Shown here piece by piece: positions 54,906 to 64,000 of a stretch of DNA of 64,000 nt. Made by a program: the position numbers and the translations under genes. The number at the start of each line of letters is the position of its first letter. Positions within the stretch are counted from its first letter, which is position 1. The notes under the pieces were generated by a model. The model had not been told where the DNA came from. It was given only the letters and a program-made list of their open reading frames with translations, and made no database searches. The DNA is from Eledone cirrhosa (Eukaryota), in contig OZ024742.1 in the NCBI GenBank assembly GCA_964016885.1, positions 242,110,001 through 242,174,000 of the forward strand. The letters are read 5' to 3'.

Positions 54906-55321
54906 ACAAGCTTCAGCTGGAAAGTTCATGAAGGGGTGATGCTAGCTCAGTAAAATGTTGCTTGCACTCAGTAAAATGTTGCTTGCATTAATTTCAACTC
55001 CTCTAGGGCGGTGGATTGGCAGTATCGGTAGAGTCGGACACCATGCTTTACAGCATAGAGTTACGGTCCTTTACGGTCTGAGTTAAAATCCCGGAGAGGT
55101 TAACTTTGCCTTTCATCCTTACCGAGTCGATAAAATAAGTCACCAGTAACCCCTCCCCAAAATGACTGACCTTGTGCCTGTACTAGAAATCATTAATTTC
55201 AACTCCTCTTATTAATAACTGCATTGTTTCCTTTGAGGAACTATGTTAAAAAATAACCCTCGTTTGGTCATTCCATGAGAGTATTTTAGTCAGCCTATGA
55301 ATTTTTCAGCAGACCTTCGTA
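54906..55321. mobile_element. Mariner-derived MITE interrupted by a SINE (55006-55190, +)
   Basis: 19-bp TSD CATTAATTTCAACTCCTCT at 54986-55004 and 55191-55209; flanks match 47299-47522. Confidence 0.75.
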
Positions 55322-57241
55322 TTTCAACAATGAGGTAAACACTCTATTTCCCTCCCATTTAGATTTCTTTAAATCTAAAGCAATATAGTCGTAGTGCTGA
55401 CACACTGTTGACTCGGCTATTTGGTAAACTGAAAGCTGGTAATGAATGTAAAAGCGAGAATGATGATGTGTCTTAGATGGTAAAATTCCACCTAGTATTT
55501 ATCATATGATATTACTGATAAATAGTATATAATATGTTTGGAGGATCTAAATATAGAATAATATTATTCTGGTAGTTGACTGCAGTGCACCAGTCAGTTC
55601 TCAGTGAATGCTCCCAGTGGGAGGATTTAAATTCCTCGTTGAAATTAATTTCACTTACACTAAGCAAGTTAACTTCTTTGTACAAGCCAAGAATCGAAAT
55701 TTTACGTTTTCGCTGGATCCGCTAGATATAAAAGCCAAATATTTATCAAATTATACTCACTGATTATGGAAAAAATGGTGGAAATCGTTTGATAATGTGT
55801 CAGCTAGATCATTTTAACCTGGAGTTGATAACATCAACAGAAGCAAATTGAAGTTGTAACAAAATGATAAAACGTTATACAAAACGTTTATGAGAGAAAT
55901 ATTGGTTGTAAATTTCATTTATTTAATTTTTTCTGTTAGTCATTGATTATTTCATTCTTAAAAACGATTGCTTTCTAAAAATAAAAAAAAAATAAAAAAT
56001 CACAAATGCATAATGGTCTTCAATTTATTATTATACAGGCTATTTATTGATCACTGTTCAAATAAGTTTCATGAGACAAACGTATTAATAGAAACATAAC
56101 AAATAGAAGGGTGCGAATTTCAGAAAATTAAGCGTCGTGTCAAGATACAAATTTTCCTTTGTTGAATATATCAATGTTCTTTGAATATTATATAAAGTTA
56201 CGCGAGAGTACTTTTCAAAGAAAATAAAAATATTTAAGGACATATTGCGGAAAGAAAAGCTGAGCACTAGTCAAAATATATTCAACCACACGTATAACAG
56301 TATGTATACACACTTCTTCAAACGGTAGCCTCAGAAAACCTGACCATTAAATTCATCATTTCCAAATTATAGAGCAGGATTAAACTAGATATTTTTCAAT
56401 GAATAACTCAAACGGAGTAGTTAATTCAATTATAATCGACATAAAGGTTTTCATGTATAAATTTGTTTTAAAGTTTGTCTTAAAGTTTTAATAAGTTATA
56501 TTCCCTGCAATCAGCACTGATGGAGCGAAACTATTATCAGTAATATTCTCCTTTATATATGTAAGTGGTTACATAGCCCAATGTCTGTTTTTTTATTTAA
56601 AATGGCTGCGTGGGATTTGCGTACGAACACATACGGGTTTCTTCATTCGTTCGTGGTATAAGTTTTTCGGGCGAACGTAGACAAGAATAAGGATTTCTAA
56701 AGTAGACCTATTTTAAGGAGTATTGTTGAGGATATCGATCTCAATACTTCAGCTATAATTATTACATAGATTCTGGAAAGATTAAGTAAAGGCAAAAGAG
56801 TGGAACCATGTGTAATTTTGAAATCTGAGCATAGGAAGATACAGCTAATACTATAATCACGTTTTCTAGGATTATATTGTCACCCACAAAGCTAACAAAG
56901 AATTATAAGAAATATTCACTGGGTATTCTAATCACTACAGTCTTCCACACTTTAGCCAGCGTGCCAACTGTTTTTCCCAGTCTCCTCTTCTGGAATGTAC
57001 ATCCTTCTGGAAAATCGATATATAGATCTATTTGTTAACCTTTGAAACGTCTGCAAGAGATATGCCATTTTATCGACCCCAAGAAAAATGCTAATAAAGG
57101 TTCATAATAACTATGTGCCCAGTGACAACCAATTGTTTTGGAAATATTAATATCTTCCTCTCACTCTCACACAAGAAGGTCAGTGGTCAGCAGATATTTA
57201 TCGCTATCCATCTATTTACTATATATATACATACATACATA

Positions 57242-57354
<113 letters not shown>

Positions 57355-57592
57355 GCACATACACAAATACATATATATATTGAACGAGATATCATTTAAG
57401 GTAATCCAGCTAGAGGTTATGAGTACTCTGTATCGAGGTTAGTTTTAACGTTCGGCGTTGTTTGACTCAACAAGAAACTTTCTTAGTCGGGTGGCCGGTT
57501 TAAGAAAGTTCCTAGGTAAGCGGTTCTTGGAGTAATGATAGTAAATGAGTGAAGAATAACGTGGTCGACTGTACAATAGACTTTATTCAAAG

Positions 57593-57640
<48 letters not shown>

Positions 57641-57641
57641 C

Positions 57642-57733
<92 letters not shown>

Positions 57734-57735
<2 letters not shown>

Positions 57736-57921
57736 GAAGAAGTATGACCCCGACGGCAGAGCTCAAGCCGTTTCGACGGCTATTTCTAGAAATAGCCGTC
57801 GAAACGGGTGAGCTCTGCCGTCGGGGTCATACCTTTTCCTATTTCCCACTCTACTAACCTAAGTATTGAGTACTCTGGTGCGTTATGGTCCATCTGGTTC
57901 CTTATCACAATTCCTTTGTTA
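57734..57921. mobile_element. Fold-back member of the 10377 family, in (TA)n
   Basis: Palindrome 57734-57840 with apex TATTTCTAGAAATA, plus family tail. Confidence 0.8.
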
Positions 57922-57941
57922 TATATATATAAATTCCTTTG

Positions 57942-57999
<58 letters not shown>

Positions 58000-58029
58000 A
58001 GATCAAAAGATGGTTAAAAGAGTTCCATG

Positions 58030-58088
58030 TATTTTATTATGCGCATTTCAAAAACAAATATCATCATGCGTTTTCGTCAGATAAAATA
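58030..58088 (-). ncRNA. Type I minimal hammerhead ribozyme
   Basis: TATTTTAT-CTGACGA-AAAC...GTTTTT-GAAA-TGCGC-ATA-ATAAAATA; 8-bp stem I; palindromic stem III ATGCGCAT. Confidence 0.7.
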
Positions 58089-58143
58089 GGGAGACATGAT
58101 ATGAAGGTTAAAACACACTTGTGAATAGTGCAGTTTTAAATCA

Positions 58144-58890
<747 letters not shown>

Positions 58891-59174
58891 ATAATGAAGA
58901 AGTAATTAATTATTAATTTAAATTAACTAAACCTAGACCAATAATTAATCTGTGGACTATGGAGATGTTCATAATTGACATTATCAAAAATGAATTTATT
59001 TCAATATGCTATTTCATTGTTCCTTTTCATAGATTAAAGTTACTATTATACTATACAAACTTAAATCCCACAACCAACGTTGAATGAAGGAAGCCCAAAA
59101 AAGACTCACTCGCACACACACATATGTATATGTAATAGTAGAACACTGCAGGGTTATATCCGTAGCAGACTCAG

Positions 59175-59217
59175 ACCGAGCTGAAGATCCACATAAGGTG
59201 AAATATTTGTTCTCGGT
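59175..59217 (+). ncRNA. Minimal hammerhead ribozyme (family of 32390)
   Basis: ACCGAG-CTGAAGA-tCC acataa GGt-GAAA-TATTT-GTT-CTCGGT. Confidence 0.6.
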
Positions 59218-59249
59218 ATGGTGAACTAATTGTTGTGGAACTACTTCTA

Positions 59250-59940
59250 TATATATATATAATGTGTAAAGTGATATATGAAAGAAGGCTAAAACAATGC
59301 AAAATGAAAAGTAAGATGAACGTAGGGAAAATGTTAGTTACCTAGTAAACTTTTTTTTTATTTTTTTTTTGTCCTAATATTTTGGGACTTAAAATTCCCT
59401 TCGTCAGAGTATATGGAGCTCTCAGAAACACTGACAAAACATTACAGTCAATATCGAAGCCTGAAAGTGCAATGTGAACAACTTAAGAATAAAAAAAGCC
59501 TTGTAATGAAACTCAACACGCAATACTTGACATAAAAGGACACAACCACACTCACACCCAGGCAACCTTAACAAAAACATTAACACAAGAATTTTGCTTC
59601 CATGAGATAATACATACGGCAAAAGACGTCATATTTCTGCTTCTCGTGGAGACCAGAGAAAAGGTTAAACAATTCTTAAGAGCGCTTTAAAAATTATAAA
59701 TTTAAATATAACTTCAAAGAGAAAAGACCGGCAGGTTTTTTTCTGAGAATTCGCCAACGAAGGGCATTTTAAGTCCCGAACAATTAGGACGAAAAAAAAA
59801 AAAGCAAGATTACCAGGTAACTATGGTTTTCGTTGCCTTCATCTTACCGTTCGTTTTGCATTGTTCAACATTGTTGTGTATATCACTTTCAACATTATAT
59901 ATTATATATAACGCTTCAAACAAACTACAATATTATATAT
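59250..59940 (+). mobile_element. Fold-back PLE relic with inverted arms (~59250-59412 / 59750-59915) and degenerate HHRs
   Basis: Minus strand CTGACGA-AGGG..CCC-AAAA at 59380-59410; plus strand AACGA-AGGG..CCC-GAAAC at 59755-59790. Confidence 0.6.
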
Positions 59941-60117
59941 ATATATATAACGAAGGAAGTGTGGTGCATAACGCACCAGAGTATTCAATTCTTAGGGTAT
60001 ATAGATATATATATATATAGCTCTGTAGCTTACATAGAGCACTCTCCTTTCCTTTACCCTTCCTACGGAAACACTTATTATATATAGATATATATATATA
60101 ATAATAATTATATATAT

Positions 60118-60326
60118 ATGAAAATATTCATCACCCCGACGGCTGAGCTCCACCCGTTTCAACAGCTAGATCCGAATTAAAGTACTTTAGTTAGTATCTA
60201 GCTATTGAAAGGGCCGGAACTCAGCCGTCGCAGTCCTGAAACTTTTCACATTACCCACTCTACTACGCCAAGTACCGAGTATTCTGGTGAGTAATGGTTT
60301 AACTGTTTTTTACCCGCTCCAATCTG

Positions 60327-60330
<4 letters not shown>
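60118..60330. mobile_element. Degenerate fold-back member of the 10377 family
   Basis: ACCCCGACGGCTGAGCTCC ... GGAACTCAGCCGTCG plus family tail. Confidence 0.65.
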
Positions 60331-60408
<78 letters not shown>

Positions 60409-60409
60409 A

Positions 60410-60970
60410 CACATCAGCTGGTTTTCACTTCAATTTATTATAAATTTCCTGTTGGTTGGTTAGTTCGACAACCAGATGGTTGTTTATATATTGTCAAAGT
60501 TCTTTCATCACACACTCTGTGACCTCGTCAGTGACTGGGCTTTTATTTTCTGTCTATCTTGTGTTCTGTTCTACACCATCTTGTGTGTTGTGTGTTTGAT
60601 TTACGCATGCGTTGTATCCGGATGTGTGTGTGTGCGTTTATTAATTTATGTGTTCATATTTATTGTCACTAGTTGGTTATTTGTTCTATCTGTGTGTGTC
60701 TGGTTTGTTTTATTAGTTTGCTTTTTGTGAATGTCTTCATTTTGTCCTTAATTATTAGTTATGATGTTGCTAACCCACTCATGTTTTTTGTTTAATTTTG
60801 GTCGGAGTTCGTTTATGTTTGTCGCCTCTGTAATTTGTCTGAGCATTGCGTCTTTCTGTGTGTGGATATAATTGTTATCTCTATGTTCTTTATTGTACTC
60901 CTATGTTCTATTTTGGCATGTTGGTGAAGAACGGGTGAGTTTATCCATCTTGGAGTTCTCGGCAGTAAGG
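60410..60970 (-). mobile_element. Penelope-like 3' fragment with HHR at 60493-60535
   Basis: DAMLRQITEATNINELRPKLN (~60790-60852); GTCA-CTGACGA-gGTCACA..TGTGAT-GAAA-GAA-CTT-TGAC. Confidence 0.65.
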
Positions 60971-61002
60971 CATATGTATATATCTATATCTATATATATA
61001 TT

Positions 61003-61150
61003 ATACATACATTTTGGTCTGTGGAACATTGCTTTCGTCAACTCTCGACTAGAGGTCTATATAAATGTCTATATCAGAAGACCTCGACAACATAGAGACC
61101 TCTAGTCGATAGTTAAATAGGAGAATGTTCCACAGTCGAAAATGTATATA
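61003..61150. repeat. Imperfect ~150-bp palindrome between TA repeats
   Basis: CATTTT..CTGTGGAACATT..TCGACTAGAGGTCT / AGACCTCTAGTCGA..AATGTTCCACAG..AAAATG. Confidence 0.7.
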
Positions 61151-61195
61151 CAAATATATATTTTATATCTGTATCTCTCTCTCTATATATATATT

Positions 61196-61297
<102 letters not shown>

Positions 61298-61648
61298 TAA
61301 ATGTTTGTCTATTTATGTATTCTACAACTGTTTATAATACAATTTTTCTGTCACTACCGACCATATATCATGCATAATAGTTTGGCAACGTGTGGGTGTG
61401 TATTTGTATTATGTATTATAATATAAATTGAGGTTGAAGTGAAGTCATAACTTTAAATGCGATTGTTTAAGCTATATGTTTGCATCTGTTATATATACAT
61501 ATACACGTAATTTTTATGTCTGCATAAAAAGAAGTATATATTATGTTTTATGTATATATGTATGTATCTATGTATGTATGTATGTATGTATGCATGTAAG
61601 GATGGATGAATGCATGCATTTTTAGATGCATACATGCCTGAATGTTTG

Positions 61649-61686
<38 letters not shown>

Positions 61687-61750
61687 TACATATATATGTA
61701 TATATATATATATTCATATTCATATATGTATGTATATATGTATATGTTTT

Positions 61751-61863
<113 letters not shown>

Positions 61864-63122
61864 TATATATACATTCATGTTTATTTATATACGTATATGT
61901 GTCTATATGTATGTATATATATATATATACGCATGTATTACAACGAGTTATAAATACACACGTGACTGAGGTTAAGGTTTGATTTGATAATGACCTGATA
62001 GCAGCACGCTGTTTTGGGGTGGCTAGGTTATGATGTCAGCATGATTTCCAGCTGTTAACTCTATGGAAACTTTCTTTTCATTGTGATTACCATATTATAA
62101 CAGGCCCGCGTAGAAGAAATGTTTTCTCTCTCGCTCTGTTACGTCGGACATATTGTCCGACATAAGTTCTCTTAGGCGATTGAATAGCCCTGCATGAATA
62201 ATGATTTCGTTTCAAATGTAAGAGTCAGGTTTGAAGCGATGCCAACGCAACTAAAACACCACTCAGAAACGCCTCTGTTTAACTCAACTGCCAACAAAAT
62301 AATATATCTATCGTTTAATAATGGACAACATGACTGCTGTTTATTTAATGATGCAGCAAAGCAGTCGGCTCTTGGAGAATGCTTTCAGGTAGAGAATAAC
62401 GATTATTATATTATTAGTAAACATTTATTCATTATATTGTGTGTGTATCCCCATTTTGCTTTATTGAATTTGAATTATATATATTACTCTATTTTGCATT
62501 CATCGATTTAATATTTATGTTGTTTGAACTTGACTTATTTGTCATTATTCTGCCGTTGACATCATCCTGGTAATCTTACCATTCCGTCTCATCAATTCAA
62601 CATGTTATTACTATCATATCAGTGCTCCTATTCTATTTCTTTCATACGCCGAACAAGGTATGGGGTGCTATTATAACATGTGTTTCTTTTGTCTAAAGTA
62701 CTCTCTGTAGTTTGTGTAAAATAACCATGAAAATTATTTCCTACCTGTCTTATATATTTATAGGAACTGAGGCTTTCGCACATGTATTTGTCTTCATAGT
62801 GTTTTTTTTCTCAAGGAAACTATCAAATCGACTGTTTTGCTTTCAATCGCCACATTCTGGTTATCTCAATTTCCAGATTTTTTTTCACATATAAAAGTTT
62901 TTTTTTCCTTTTCTGATAGAGATATATATCGTTTGTTTAAATCGATACATCGATGAAGATCCATTTCATTTTGTAATGGCCTATCATGGTAATAATATCC
63001 GGCTGGTTTTATTTAATTCCACTGTCTTTATGTATCGTAATTTCACCATAGTATCGTAACTTTCGCATTTTTTGTGATAATTTAGGTTTATTGTCTGTGC
63101 TCTCTTCTTCTGACCAATTCAT

Positions 63123-63535
63123 AATTGTTTCTACTATTGGCACAAGGCCAGAAAATTACCCAGTACATTACTGGTACTTTATTTTATCGACCCCGTAAGG
63201 ATGAAAGGCAAAGTTAACCTCGGCGGGATTTGAACTCAGAATGGCAAGGGCCGTAACTCTATGCGTCAAAGCATGGCGTCCGAGTGGTATATTGCCAGTG
63301 TTTGAAAGTTTCAACTGTCATCCCGGCATATCTATTATTTTGGCTAGAATTAATTGTTTCTACTTTTGGCGCAAGGCCAGCAATTATCCCAGTACGTTAC
63401 TGGTACTTTATAGTATCGACCTCGTAACGATGAAAGACAAAGTTAACCTCGGCGGGATTTGAACTCAGGCCGTAAAGGGATTTAACACTCTGCTGCAAAG
63501 CATGGCATCCGATCCTTTACTGATACTGCCAATCC
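63123..63535 (-). mobile_element. Two tandem octopus-type tRNA SINEs (63123-63298, 63352-63535)
   Basis: Each is a reverse complement of the family consensus. Confidence 0.9.
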
Positions 63536-63956
63536 TTGGCTAAAAATAATGCGATGGATTATTTTCTTTTAAAACACTATATTTTCTGGAGTATATATTT
63601 TGCAGTATGTTTCATTATATGCTAGAAGTACTGTTTAATGGGACAGTGTGGGTGTTGTGACGTGATCAATGATCATTGCGTCACAACTTTATGTCAAGCA
63701 ACTTCAGAATCCTGGACTAGCCTTTCATTCTCTCAAAGTCGGCTGAGGAATGGTGTTAAACTTATGGAGATCCATCTTTCTCATACCGAAGTTTTGGCCT
63801 GTGTTACAAATGATTATTTGGTGTTATAGAAAAGCAACAAATTTTCTCAAAATACCCTGTTATTTCATTGCATCCAAAGAATAGTCTTGCTGGAACGCAA
63901 ACCTTCACGCCACATACATAACAACGTATATTCTCTACGTTATTAATATATAGCAT

Positions 63957-64000
63957 TCTGAGTTCAAATCCCGCCGAGGTTAACTTTGCCTTTCATCCTT
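63957..64000 (+). mobile_element. tRNA SINE fragment running off the window end
   Basis: CTGAGTTCAAATCCCGCCGAGGTTAACTTTGCCTTTCATCCTT. Confidence 0.85.

Overview
This is AT-rich eukaryotic DNA, very dense in (TA)n/(CA)n/(TTC)n microsatellites. It is most likely from an octopod cephalopod, inferred from the SINE families; no organism was given. Nearly all ORFs in the supplied track are microsatellite artefacts. Most of the recognisable content is mobile DNA: about 17 copies of an octopus-type tRNA-derived SINE (Nin/Deu-like domain), 2 CORE-type SINEs, RTE-clade and R4/Dong-like LINE relics, mariner and pogo/Tigger relics, and many Penelope-like element (PLE) fragments with GIY-YIG or RT remnants. 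The main observation is a population of elements embedded in (TA)n that carry minimal type I hammerhead ribozyme (HHR) motifs (CUGANGA or UUGAAAA ... GAAA, short palindromic stem III, NUH). I folded more than a dozen candidates by eye. They occur in three architectures: (i) fold-back PLEs with inverted pseudo-LTRs up to ~1.5 kb, (ii) short non-coding palindromes, and (iii) non-coding direct-repeat units of 485 and 544 nt with one HHR per repeat, i.e. retrozyme-like candidates for circular RNAs. Two or three possible host exons (+ strand, 38.5-49.3 kb) suggest that part of the window is intronic. No folding software or database search was run.
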